NCBI GenBank assembly: GCA_040766645.1
Contig: JAXGQA010000001.1
Location: forward strand, 23,506 to 87,505
DNA length: 64,000 nt
Source of the DNA: Christensenellales bacterium
Lineage (GTDB): Bacteria; Bacillota; Clostridia; Christensenellales; UBA1431
Reading direction: 5' to 3'
The notes beneath the pieces are model-generated. The model was not told the origin of the DNA, did no database searches, and saw only the letters and a program-made list of their open reading frames with translations. The stretch's first letter is position 1; each line of letters starts with the position of its first letter. Shown here one piece after another: positions 25,423 to 34,460 of the stretch. The translations under genes and the position numbers were made by a program.

Positions 25423-25943
25423 TCGCCTAAACCTTTCACAAGCTCCGTTTTATCCAGCGCCTTTTTGAGAAGCCCGGTCACCAGCCCGACGAACAGGCCC
25501 GCAGGCACGGCCATGGCCGTCATTATGGGAAGGTATCCGAACACATACCCGCTCTGCAGTATGAGCGCCGCGACGCACAGCTGACCGACGTTGTGGAAAA
25601 ACGCGCCGCCCACGCTGACGCCATACAGACTCAGCCGCCCGCGGCCCAGCTTGAGCATGCCCCACATGATGAGCGTGCTCAGCATGCCGCCCGCGAGACT
25701 GTACGCAAGGCTTATCGGCTGCCCCCACAGCGCCCCAGCCAGCAGGCAGCGGAGCACGACCACCGCAAATCCGCTCCCCGCCCCCAGAGAAACGAGGGCG
25801 AAAAGCGAGAAAACGTTGGCCAGACCCGGCTTTATTCCGGGCAGGCCGGGTATCAGCACCGGGAAAAACCCTTCAATATAGTTCACCGCCGCCGCCATCG
25901 CGACCAGCAGCGCTATAAGCACCATGCGCCTCGTCCTGTTCAT
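25419..25943 (-). CDS. Gx transporter family protein (heptaprenyl diphosphate synthase component I-like)
   Basis: 174 aa, 5 TM. The N-terminus is ALLVAMAAAVNYIEGFFPV..PGIKPGLANV. It lies in the conserved neighbourhood with NusG_II and ApbE. Confidence 0.7.
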   Translation of the reverse strand: MNRTRRMVLIALLVAMAAAVNYIEGFFPVLIPGLPGIKPGLANVFSLFALVSLGAGSGFAVVVLRCLLAGALWGQPISLAYSLAGGMLSTLIMWGMLKLGRGRLSLYGVSVGGAFFHNVGQLCVAALILQSGYVFGYLPIMTAMAVPAGLFVGLVTGLLKKALDKTELVKGLGE

Positions 25944-25953
25944 GCCCGCCCCC

Positions 25954-26307
25954 CTAATACGTCATGCCGTCCAGGCCCGCGTCCTCGGCTTCCAGCCGAA
26001 CCATCACCCGGTTGGGCAGACAGGTTATCTGCTGTCCCGCCTCGCGGATGCTCCCGGCGTGCACGCAGATCTGATTCTTGCAGTCTGACCATTCCATGCG
26101 CACCACGCCGTCCTTTATAACGACGCGGTTGTGCCCGTCGTCCCACACGGTGTCGAGGCCTTCGAGTGGTTCGCGCAGCGCCTCCTGTCCGTCCTTTATG
26201 ACGACGACATAGACTTCACCGCCGCCGCTGCCGGAGGAAAACGCCCACCAGCCCAAAAGGGCGATGAGCAGTATGCCGGCGATTATCGCAAGGTCGGCTT
26301 TCTTCAT
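25954..26307 (-). CDS. NusG domain II-containing protein (DUF1312)
   Basis: 117 aa with an N-terminal TM segment and the motif DCKNQICVHAGSIREAGQQITCLPNRV. Confidence 0.7.
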   Translation of the reverse strand: MKKADLAIIAGILLIALLGWWAFSSGSGGGEVYVVVIKDGQEALREPLEGLDTVWDDGHNRVVIKDGVVRMEWSDCKNQICVHAGSIREAGQQITCLPNRVMVRLEAEDAGLDGMTY

Positions 26308-27329
26308 TGAAGCGCGTACTCCCCGGAAACGATTTCGACGGCGTCCTTCAGGCCGTTGGTCGCATAGACCTTCCTATCGCTCGTTACGATAAGCGCGTCC
26401 ACGCCGTCCATAGCGTTGATCAGCGCCAGCCCTTTCTCCACGCCCAGCACAAACACGGCGGTGGACAGCCCGTCGGCTAACGTCGAATCGTCCGCAACGA
26501 TGGTCGCGCTTATCACGCCGCTCTCTGACGGATAGCCCGTTGCGGGGTCGAAGATGTGGTGGTACCGCTTGCCGTTTTTGATGAAATAACGCTCGTAGTC
26601 GCCGGAGGTGACCACCGCCCTGTCGGTCACATTCAATACGGCGTAATAGGTTCCTTCCCCCTCGCGCGGGTCGCGTATGCCGATGCGCCACGCGCCCCCG
26701 CCCGGGCGCTCGCCCAGAGCCACGATGTTGCCGCCCAGGTCCAGCAAAGCGTTTTTGACGCCCTGCTCCCTGAAGATGCGCCGCGCCTCGTCGGCCGCGT
26801 AGCCCTTCGCGATGCCGCCGAGGTCGATGCCCATGCCCCTGGGCAGCGTGGCCTTCCGGCTTTTATCATCCAATCCCACTTTTTTATAGTCCACCAGCGC
26901 GCGTGCCTTTTCAATTTTATCGGGGGCTGGAACCGCCTGCTTCACGCCGTCCGTGTCGAACCCCCATAGAAGGGCCAGCGGCAGCACGGTCGGGTCGAAG
27001 GCGCCGTCGGACCTTTGGGCGATATCCACTGCTTTTTTGACCAGCTCGTACACGTCCTTGCTCAGCGTGTTCCCGCCATTTTTGTTGAGCACCGCAATCT
27101 CGCTGTCCGCAATGCGCACGCTCATCTCGTTCTCGATCTGCTGTATGCGCAAAAACGCGCTTTCGACGGCGTCGCTCGCGCCGGCGCCGTACCCGGTCAG
27201 CGTAATCACCGTCCCCAGCGCAAAGCGCGTTTGGCTGGTCTTGTCCTGTGCCGCGCTCCCGCAGCCGGCCAAAACGGCGGCGGCCAGCATGGCGGCCAGA
27301 CTCCCGGCAACTCTTTTTGTCATCCTCAT
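26304..27329 (-). CDS. apbE: FAD:protein FMN transferase (ApbE family) lipoprotein
   Basis: Starts at ATG 27329 with MRMTKRVAGSLAAMLAAAVLAGCGS (lipobox). It has the ApbE core (FDPTV..., GGIAKGYAADE, HHIFDPATGYP). The start overlaps the rmuC stop as ATGA. Confidence 0.88.
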   Translation of the reverse strand: MRMTKRVAGSLAAMLAAAVLAGCGSAAQDKTSQTRFALGTVITLTGYGAGASDAVESAFLRIQQIENEMSVRIADSEIAVLNKNGGNTLSKDVYELVKKAVDIAQRSDGAFDPTVLPLALLWGFDTDGVKQAVPAPDKIEKARALVDYKKVGLDDKSRKATLPRGMGIDLGGIAKGYAADEARRIFREQGVKNALLDLGGNIVALGERPGGGAWRIGIRDPREGEGTYYAVLNVTDRAVVTSGDYERYFIKNGKRYHHIFDPATGYPSESGVISATIVADDSTLADGLSTAVFVLGVEKGLALINAMDGVDALIVTSDRKVYATNGLKDAVEIVSGEYALQ

Positions 27330-28597
27330 GCCTCTATATCCCCTCCGCCCGCGCCTTCCGTTTCCGGCAGCGGCGCGTCGGTCTGCACGGCCCGCAGCTT
27401 TCTGTCTATGGTGCGCGTCTTTCGCTCGGTGTTCTCCATGGAAGTGACCGCCTGCTGCAGCTTTTCTCTGGTTTTCCCCAACAAATCGGAAAAAATCAGG
27501 AATTCCTTCTTGAATTCGCCCAGAAGCTGCCACACCTCGCTGGAGCGCTTCTCGACGGCCAGCGTCTTGAAGCCCATCTGAAGGCTGCTCAACAGGGCCG
27601 TCAGCGTGGACGGCCCGGCCACATTGACGCGGAACTCCCGCTGCAGCCCCTCTATAAGCCCGTCCCTGCGCGCGACCTCGGCGTACAGCCCTTCGGTCGG
27701 GAGATACATTACCGCGAAATCGGTGGTGTGCGGCGGATGGATGTATTTCTCCATGATGCGCCTGGCCTCGGTCTTTATCGCCCTTTCAAACAGCTTGACC
27801 TCCGCGTCCGCGGCTGCCGCGTTCCCCGCCCTGGCCGCCTCGGCGAGGCGCAGGTACGCCTCCCGGGGGAACTTGGCGTCGATGGGCAAAAGCACGGCCC
27901 CGTCGTCCCTGCCGGGCAGACGTATGGCGTATTCCACGCGCTCATGAGCCCCCGGCCGGACGGTGGTGTTGCACGCATACTGCGACGGCGCCAGCATCTG
28001 CTCGAGCAGCGCGCCCAGCTGTATCTCCCCCCATGTGCCGCGCGTTTTAACGTTGGAAAGCACGCGCTTGAGGTCGCCCACGTCCCCGGCCAGCGCCTGC
28101 ATCTCCCCCAGGCCTTTATGGACCTGCTCCAGCCGCGTGCTCACCAGCTCGAAGGACTGGTTCAGCCGCTTCTCCAGCGTGGCGTGGAGCTGCTCGTCCA
28201 CCGTCTTCCGTATCTCGTCCAGGCGCTTTGCGTTCTCGTCGGACACCGCCCTGAGGCTTTTTTCCAGCGTCGCGCGCATCTCGTCCAGGCGGGCCTGGTT
28301 CAGGCGAACCATCTCGACCAGTTGGGTGCTCATCCCCTTCAGGCTGCTCTGCTGCATCTCGCTCATCCGTCCGACATCCGCCGAAAGTATCTGCACCATG
28401 CGCGCCGTCTGCGCGTTCATCTCCTCGCGCTGGAGCGCGAACTGCGTCTTCAAATCCTGCTGGAGCCTCGCCATTATCGCCTGCTCCATTTCACCGGTAC
28501 GCCCGACGCTGCCGCCTGCCCGGCGCCACAGCATGAAGACCAGCGCGCAGAGCACCAGCACCAGCCCGCATAAAAAAAAGATCGCAACAGTATCCAT
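27326..28597 (-). CDS. rmuC: DNA recombination protein RmuC
   Basis: 423 aa with an N-terminal TM segment, a long coiled-coil region and the RmuC C-terminal domain (RPGAHERVEYAIRLPG...FAVMYLPTEGLYAE). Confidence 0.85.
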   Translation of the reverse strand: MDTVAIFFLCGLVLVLCALVFMLWRRAGGSVGRTGEMEQAIMARLQQDLKTQFALQREEMNAQTARMVQILSADVGRMSEMQQSSLKGMSTQLVEMVRLNQARLDEMRATLEKSLRAVSDENAKRLDEIRKTVDEQLHATLEKRLNQSFELVSTRLEQVHKGLGEMQALAGDVGDLKRVLSNVKTRGTWGEIQLGALLEQMLAPSQYACNTTVRPGAHERVEYAIRLPGRDDGAVLLPIDAKFPREAYLRLAEAARAGNAAAADAEVKLFERAIKTEARRIMEKYIHPPHTTDFAVMYLPTEGLYAEVARRDGLIEGLQREFRVNVAGPSTLTALLSSLQMGFKTLAVEKRSSEVWQLLGEFKKEFLIFSDLLGKTREKLQQAVTSMENTERKTRTIDRKLRAVQTDAPLPETEGAGGGDIEA

Positions 28598-28622
28598 ACC
28601 ATACCTCCCGCTGTCAACCGCC

Positions 28623-29006
28623 TCAGCCCGCGCGTTTTTGCGTGTAAAGATACAGCACCCCGAATGTCCCCGCCCATGCGAAGAACAGGGGCATCACGAT
28701 GCGCAGCATGTCTTTATCCAGCGTTTGGGCCGATATCCCAGTCAGGAACAGGAACAAAAGACCGAGGGCGCAACCCGTGAACCCGGCGGCCACCCCGAGG
28801 CGCACCGCGTTTTTTCTTTTCCGCGCCAGCAATACGATGCCGGCGGCGGCGAGCACAAGGAGCGAAACGCCCATCCAGAAATCGCCGCCTATGGGCAGGC
28901 CCAGCAACTGGATAAACGACGCGGCGCCCGAAGGCCCGTGCAGCGCGGGCAAAAAGACTGTGATGACTATCGCCCCCGCAAAGCATGCGATCGCGCCAAC
29001 GACCAT
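28623..29006 (-). CDS. hypothetical 4-TM membrane protein
   Basis: 127 aa hydrophobic ORF on the same strand as its neighbours. No family recognised. Confidence 0.5.
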   Translation of the reverse strand: MVVGAIACFAGAIVITVFLPALHGPSGAASFIQLLGLPIGGDFWMGVSLLVLAAAGIVLLARKRKNAVRLGVAAGFTGCALGLLFLFLTGISAQTLDKDMLRIVMPLFFAWAGTFGVLYLYTQKRAG

Positions 29007-29024
29007 ACGCTCATCCCCGTTGTT

Positions 29025-29756
29025 TCAGATTTCGTTAAAGCGCACCAGCCGGATGCCGTTCCGCTCTATAAAGGGCTTTAAAGCCGGGTCGGTAAGCACC
29101 GCGTGCTCCCGCACGCGGTGCATGGCGTACCGGCTGGACGCCAAAAGCGCGGCATCCGCGAATCCCGGGTGCGCCATGATCTCGAGGGCGTCTGCCCCGC
29201 AGGCGGCAAGATAGCTGATCAACCAGTCGGTCCGCGCGTTCTCTGCGTGGAAACCGATGCACAGCGGCACCGGGCCGCGCGCCGCGCCGTCCCGCAGCGC
29301 GTGCGCGTCGCGTACCGGCACCCCCAGCCTGCCGGCAACGCGCAACACCGCCGGTTCCACGGCCGGCAGTGCGTGGACGTGGTGGTGGCTGTCTATGTGG
29401 TCCGGCGTGCATCCGCTTTTCAGCATGGCCTCAAGCTGCGCCTCAAGTTCCTCTGCGACGTCCTGGAGGTCGGGTTCCTCCCCGGCGCCGAACAGATGCT
29501 CCCGGCCCCGGAACGCGCCGTTTTCATCGGTCAGCGTCGATATCTTCCCGGTGACGGGGCGGCCGGTCGTGATGTTGAAGTGCAGGCCGACCCCAAGCGT
29601 CGGGACCTGCCGCGCAAGCTCCATGGCGTGCGCGAAGGCGGGCATATTCACCATGGCGGTGGCCGACGTGACCGCGCCCCGAAGGTGCGCGTCCACGATG
29701 CCGTAATTGACGCCCGGCGTATACCCGAAATCGTCCGCGTTCACGATAAGACGCAT
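29025..29756 (-). CDS. ChbG/HpnK (YdjC-like) carbohydrate deacetylase family protein
   Basis: Starts at ATG 29756 with MRLIVNADDFGYTPGVNYGIVDAH...LGVGLHFN...IDSHHHVH. Confidence 0.85.
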   Translation of the reverse strand: MRLIVNADDFGYTPGVNYGIVDAHLRGAVTSATAMVNMPAFAHAMELARQVPTLGVGLHFNITTGRPVTGKISTLTDENGAFRGREHLFGAGEEPDLQDVAEELEAQLEAMLKSGCTPDHIDSHHHVHALPAVEPAVLRVAGRLGVPVRDAHALRDGAARGPVPLCIGFHAENARTDWLISYLAACGADALEIMAHPGFADAALLASSRYAMHRVREHAVLTDPALKPFIERNGIRLVRFNEI

Positions 29757-30010
29757 GTCCGATACCTCCCGCCGTCCTATTATACCTCTTTTGCGCACGC
29801 ATGCCCAGCCGGAAGGATGCAATTGCGAAAAGCGCAGGCAGATTTCCTTTCATCTCTTATGGAATCCGTACCCGTCCTGTGATAAAATAGATGCGCAGAC
29901 CATAATAAATGAACATCAAGGACGTATCCGTGCAAGGGAGCACATGCACGCAAAGGTGTTGGGACTCGGCAGTTTCAGCTTGCAGCGCTTCCGGAATAGA
30001 CTGACCGCCG

Positions 30011-30039
30011 GTCCCGCTTGGAAGAGCGGGACTTTTTTA
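30011..30039 (+). terminator. orphan intrinsic terminator immediately upstream of the GNAT gene
   Basis: GTCCCGCT-TGGAAG-AGCGGGAC (8 bp perfect) followed by TTTTTTAT. The GNAT SD AAAGGAG starts 2 nt later. There is no upstream plus-strand gene. Confidence 0.7.
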
Positions 30040-30056
30040 TAAAGGAGTGACAGGCC

Positions 30057-30506
30057 ATGGCGATCAAAATCGTTCGCAACGGACTTGCAGCCGGAGATTA
30101 TCTCGCCCTTCGCAAAGCGGTCGGGTTTGCCGAGTTAAGCCCGCATATGGCCGATGCGTCCCTCAACGGGAGCCTGTACGTCGTCCATATCGAGGCGGAC
30201 GGCAAAGCGGCCGGGATGGCGCGCGTCATCGGGGACGACGCACAGGTGTTCATCGTTCAGGAGATCATCGTCGCCCCGGCATATCAGGGCCGCGGCTTCG
30301 GCCGCATGCTGGCGCAGGAGGTAACAGACTTCATCGAATCGCGCTCGAGCTACGCGGGGCGCGTGCTGGTCGGTCTCTTTTGCTTCGAGGGCAACGAGGG
30401 GTTCTATAAAAAACTCGGCTTGCTCAAACCATCCGACCAAACGACAGCTCCGGGGACCATCCACTTTATCGAGCTTCCGCGCGGCGTAAACGGAGGCTTA
30501 CCATGA
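30057..30506 (+). CDS. GNAT-family N-acetyltransferase
   Basis: 149 aa with acetyl-CoA binding motif A (IIVAPAYQGRGFGRMLAQEV). Confidence 0.85.
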   Translation: MAIKIVRNGLAAGDYLALRKAVGFAELSPHMADASLNGSLYVVHIEADGKAAGMARVIGDDAQVFIVQEIIVAPAYQGRGFGRMLAQEVTDFIESRSSYAGRVLVGLFCFEGNEGFYKKLGLLKPSDQTTAPGTIHFIELPRGVNGGLP

Positions 30507-30681
30507 GCGAAGCAATCCCAGGCTACGCCAGCCCCCTTTTTCTGCCTGCCATCGAACAAGGAAGTTTTCAAACCCGTCACCCAGAATCAATACAGAGATG
30601 AACCACGCCTGTAAAAACGGGAATGGAGCCGTTTTCTTCCGGCTACATTCCTGTTTTTTATCCTGACGGTGTATCGTACTC

Positions 30682-31278
30682 TTATTTGAACACTTTGGAG
30701 CGCGTTTCCACCGGCTGCATTTCCTTTTTGTCCGGCGGCGCCGTCACGTTGCCTATGGGCATCTGCGCGATGAGCTTCCAGCTTTGCGGCAGCGACCACT
30801 CCTGTCGAACCGCGTCGTCGATAACAGGGTTGTAATGCTGGAGCGAAACGCCCGCGCCTTCGGCTTCCAGCGCAGTCCACAGGATGAACTGGAGCATGCC
30901 GCTGGCCTGCTGGGACCAATTCGGGAAATTCTGTGCGTAGGTGGGATATTTCTTTTGCAGCCCCTCCACCACCTCCATGTCCTCGAAATACAGTATGGTC
31001 GCGTAGCCCGCCTTGAAAGCGTCCAGCTTTTTCTGCGTGGACGCAAACTTCTCGGGCGGAACCAGTTTTTTCAGCGTTTCGGCCACGATGTCCCACAGGC
31101 GGTCGTGGTGGCGGCCCAACAGCAGCACGACCCGCGCGGACTGCGAGTTCATGGCCGAGGGCGCGTAGTTGAGCGCGTGTGCGATAAGCTCCCGGATGCG
31201 GTTCTCGGGCACCACGGATTGTTTCCCGATGCTGTATATGGAACGCCTGTCCTTCACTGCCGTTAAAAAATCCTTCAT
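30682..31278 (-). CDS. nitroreductase-family protein
   Basis: 198 aa beginning AVKDRRSIYSIGK...APSAMNSQSARVVLL. Size and pattern fit the nitroreductase fold. Confidence 0.8.
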   Translation of the reverse strand: MKDFLTAVKDRRSIYSIGKQSVVPENRIRELIAHALNYAPSAMNSQSARVVLLLGRHHDRLWDIVAETLKKLVPPEKFASTQKKLDAFKAGYATILYFEDMEVVEGLQKKYPTYAQNFPNWSQQASGMLQFILWTALEAEGAGVSLQHYNPVIDDAVRQEWSLPQSWKLIAQMPIGNVTAPPDKKEMQPVETRSKVFK

Positions 31279-31315
31279 CTCAAAATCTCCTTTTGCTCCG
31301 TATGGACAGATTGCT

Positions 31316-32596
31316 TTATTTTCGAGCCGCTGACTCTGTATTCCCCGCCGGGACCCCGTTTCCCTGCCCTGCGGCGGCTTCTTCCCAGATAAGCTTCGCG
31401 AGCGGGAACGGCTCCAGCACCCGCCCGAGTATCCCCTGCACGCAGGCGATCAGGACGCCGTAGTTGACCACTGGCACATGAAGCTCCCGGGCGGTGTCCA
31501 GCCGGTGCATCATCTCGCTCCGGTTTATCATGCACGCGCCACAGTGGACGATAAGCGCGTATTTTGTGATGTCCTCGCCAAAAGAGCTCCCTGAAACAAA
31601 GTCGAATTGCAGTTCCTTGCCGGTCATCTGCCGTATCCAGCGCGGTATCTTGACGCGGCCGATGTCGTCGGACTGCGCGTGGTGCGTGCAGGCCTCGGCC
31701 ACCAGTATGCGGTCGCCGTCCTTCAGCCGGGCCACGGCTGCCGCGCCCTTGACCAGCTCCGTAAGGTCCCCCTTGTAGCGCGCGAACAGGATGGAGAAGG
31801 AGGTGAGCATTACGTCGGGCGGCGTGTCGGCAGACACCTTTAAAAACGCCTGCGAATCGGTTATGACCAGCCGGGGCTTAACTTTAAGCGCGTCCAGCGT
31901 CTGTCGAAGCTCGTGCTCCTTGGTGATTATGGCGATGGCGTCGCTCTCCAGCACGTCGCGTATCACCTGCTGCTGCGGCAGAATAAGCCTGCCCTTGGGC
32001 GCGGCCTTGTCGATGGGCGTGACCAGCACGACCACGTCCCCCGCCCGCACCAGGTCCCCCACGATCATGAACTTGTCCTCCTCGGCCGGGACCGACTTGG
32101 ATATGGCCGATATGAGCGCCTTGACGCCCGCCCCGGTCAGCGCGGAGACCGCGTGGACCCTGGCCCCGTACCGCCGGGCCAGCGCGCCGGTGTCGACGGA
32201 TGCCATATCCGACTTGTTGACGGCGATGATGAGCGGCAGCTTTTTTGCCCGTATCCTGTCGATTGTCTCCTCGTCCTTTTCATCCATCGGGACGGCGGAG
32301 TCCGCGACGTATACGGCCACGTCGGCCTTATTGAGCACGTCCATGGTCTTTTTCACACGCAGTTGGCCCAGCGCGCCCTCGTCATCAAGCCCGGCCGTGT
32401 CGATGAGCACGCAGGGGCCAATGGGGAGTATCTCCATGGATTTATACACCGGGTCGGTGGTCGTGCCCTTCACCTCGGACACGATGGCCGAGGACTGCCC
32501 GGTAATGGCGTTTATCAGGCTGGATTTGCCGGCATTCCGCTTGCCAAAAAAGGCGATATGCACCCGGACGGCGCGGGGCGTTTGGTTGAGTTGCAT
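31316..32596 (-). CDS. hydF: [FeFe]-hydrogenase H-cluster maturation GTPase HydF
   Basis: 426 aa with GTPase motifs GKRNAGKSS, DTAG and NKSD. The C-terminal cluster-binding cysteines are EACTHH and HCGAC. Confidence 0.88.
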   Translation of the reverse strand: MQLNQTPRAVRVHIAFFGKRNAGKSSLINAITGQSSAIVSEVKGTTTDPVYKSMEILPIGPCVLIDTAGLDDEGALGQLRVKKTMDVLNKADVAVYVADSAVPMDEKDEETIDRIRAKKLPLIIAVNKSDMASVDTGALARRYGARVHAVSALTGAGVKALISAISKSVPAEEDKFMIVGDLVRAGDVVVLVTPIDKAAPKGRLILPQQQVIRDVLESDAIAIITKEHELRQTLDALKVKPRLVITDSQAFLKVSADTPPDVMLTSFSILFARYKGDLTELVKGAAAVARLKDGDRILVAEACTHHAQSDDIGRVKIPRWIRQMTGKELQFDFVSGSSFGEDITKYALIVHCGACMINRSEMMHRLDTARELHVPVVNYGVLIACVQGILGRVLEPFPLAKLIWEEAAAGQGNGVPAGNTESAARK

Positions 32597-32608
32597 GGCG
32601 TTTTTCCT

Positions 32609-33995
32609 CTAGTTGCCGGGGACGCCCGGCTTGGTGGTCGTGTCCAGATTAAATATTTCCTCGATGCGCTCAGGCGGCAAAACGCCTTCTTCCGGCGCCG
32701 CTTCCACAGGCGTTTGCCGCTTGCCTGCGCGCGCTGGCAAGCCCGCCCCGGTCGTACCCGATGTGGGTATCGTGCTGCGCCAGCGCCAGGACTTCTCAGG
32801 TTGGCGCGGCAGCGTTCCCGTCAAAGCGCAGGCCCGAGACGCACTTGTCCATGAAGATGCGCACAGCGCCCTCCAGCAGCTCCAGCGATTCGAGCAGGCT
32901 CTCAGCGATAAGCGGCAAAAAGGCGTTCAGCTCCAGCTGCCCCATCGACGCCGCCATGGACACTGCCTGGTCGTTGGCCATGACGCGCATGCAAACCTGC
33001 GCCACCATCTCGGGGATGACGGGGTTTACCTTGCCCGGCATGATGGTCGAGCCGGCCTGCATCGGTGGCAGAACGGCCTCCCCGAGACCTCCGGATGGCC
33101 CGGACGCCAGCAGCCGGAGGTCACCCGATATTTTCATCAGGTTGACCGCGCAGGCCTTCAGAAGCCCGGACACCTCCGCAAACACGTCCGCGTTCTGCGT
33201 GATGTCCATGGGCGATTCAGCCCTTGACAGTCCGAACCCGGTCATCCGCTGAAGGTTCTCGGTGACAATGAAGATGTACATGGGCAGCGCGTTCAGCCCC
33301 GTGCCGATGGCGGTCCCGCCGATGTTTATCAGGCGGAGGCGTTCCTCGGCCTTGTAGATGCGCCAGCGGTCCCGCGCGACGGCCTGCGCCCACGCGCCCA
33401 CGCCCTGCCCGGCGCGCATGGGCAGCGCGTCCATCAGCTGCGTGCGCCCCAGCCGGGGCACGCGGCTGAACTCCTCTTCCTTCCGCTGCAAAATGTCCTG
33501 CAGCCCGGCCAGCGCGTCGGCAAGGCTGCGCACCAGCCGTATGGCGGCGATGCGCAGGGCCGTTGGGAACACGTCGTTGGTGGACTGGGACATGTTCACG
33601 TCGTCCAGCGGATGCACCATGCCGTAGTCCCCCTTCCGCCCGCCAAGAAGCTCGATGGCGCGGTTGGCGACCACCTCGTTGACGTTTATGTTGGCCGAGG
33701 TCCCCGCGCCGCCCTGCAGGCAGCATACCGGGAACTCGCCGTCAAAATCGCCGCGCATCACCTCGTCGCAGGCCTGCATGATGGCGCGGGCCTTTTCCTG
33801 CGAAAGCTGGCCGGTGCGCAGGTTGGCGTCCGCCGCCGCTTTTTTTATGAGCGCGATATCGCGCATCAGCCGGAGGTCCATCGGACGCGCGGGCAGAGCG
33901 AAATTCTCCAGCGCGCGCGCCGTATTGATGCCGTAATACCGGGATTCGTCTATTTTGTATTCCCCCAAAAGGTCCTTTTCGGTGCGAAAACCCAT
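32609..33995 (-). pseudogene. aspartate ammonia-lyase / class II fumarase-family homolog, C-terminal 60 codons scrambled as sequenced
   Basis: 399 aa are intact (GINTARALENF..., GGAGTSANINVNEV, GSTIMPGKVNP). After ...CVSGLRFD the conserved C-terminal segments appear in different frames: ERCRANL, then EKS, then LALAQHDTHIGYDR, then ...GKRQTPVEAAPEEGVLPPERIEEIFNLD, with the stop at 32609. Confidence 0.8.
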
Positions 33996-33997
33996 GT

Positions 33998-34257
33998 TCA
34001 GCTCTCCTGTATCTCCCTTTTCGCTATGGAGGTTTTTACGTTCACACAGGGTATCCTGCCCAGCTTGCCGGTCAGCGCGTTTATTTCGTCCAGCTCCCGG
34101 TCACCACGATGGACACGACCGCCATGCCTTCCTCGGGCATGGGTATCCCCATCCGCCCCCGCACACAGCCCTTGAACGCGGACACGAGCGCGTTGAACTC
34201 GGCCTGCGCCTGGCCGGGGTTTTCCAATATGGCGCTGATAACCGCGATGCGCTTCAT
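33998..34257 (-). pseudogene. TM1266-like putative iron-only hydrogenase system regulator, frameshifted as sequenced
   Basis: MKRIAVISAILENPGQAQAEFNALVSAFKGCVRGRMGIPMPEEGMAVVSIVVTG, then the tail ELDEINALTGKLGRIPCVNVKTSIAKREIQES in the next frame. The frames join if the C3 run at 34096-34098 were C4. The stop lies 2 nt before the aspartase-homolog ATG. Confidence 0.7.
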
Positions 34258-34460
34258 GCTTTTATCCTCCGTTTCAATAAAAAAGCTTTCCCGGAAGGAA
34301 AGCATAGTAAAGCGCGAACTGCGCGGCTTACTCCCGGATCAGAAACGGCTTCTCCGTAAGGACGGTTGTTCTGAATCAGCCGGATAAAGGGTGAAGGCTC
34401 TGTCCGGCTGGTCTTTACAATAAAAGCATAACAAACCCGTATTGTAATTGTCAATATTTG

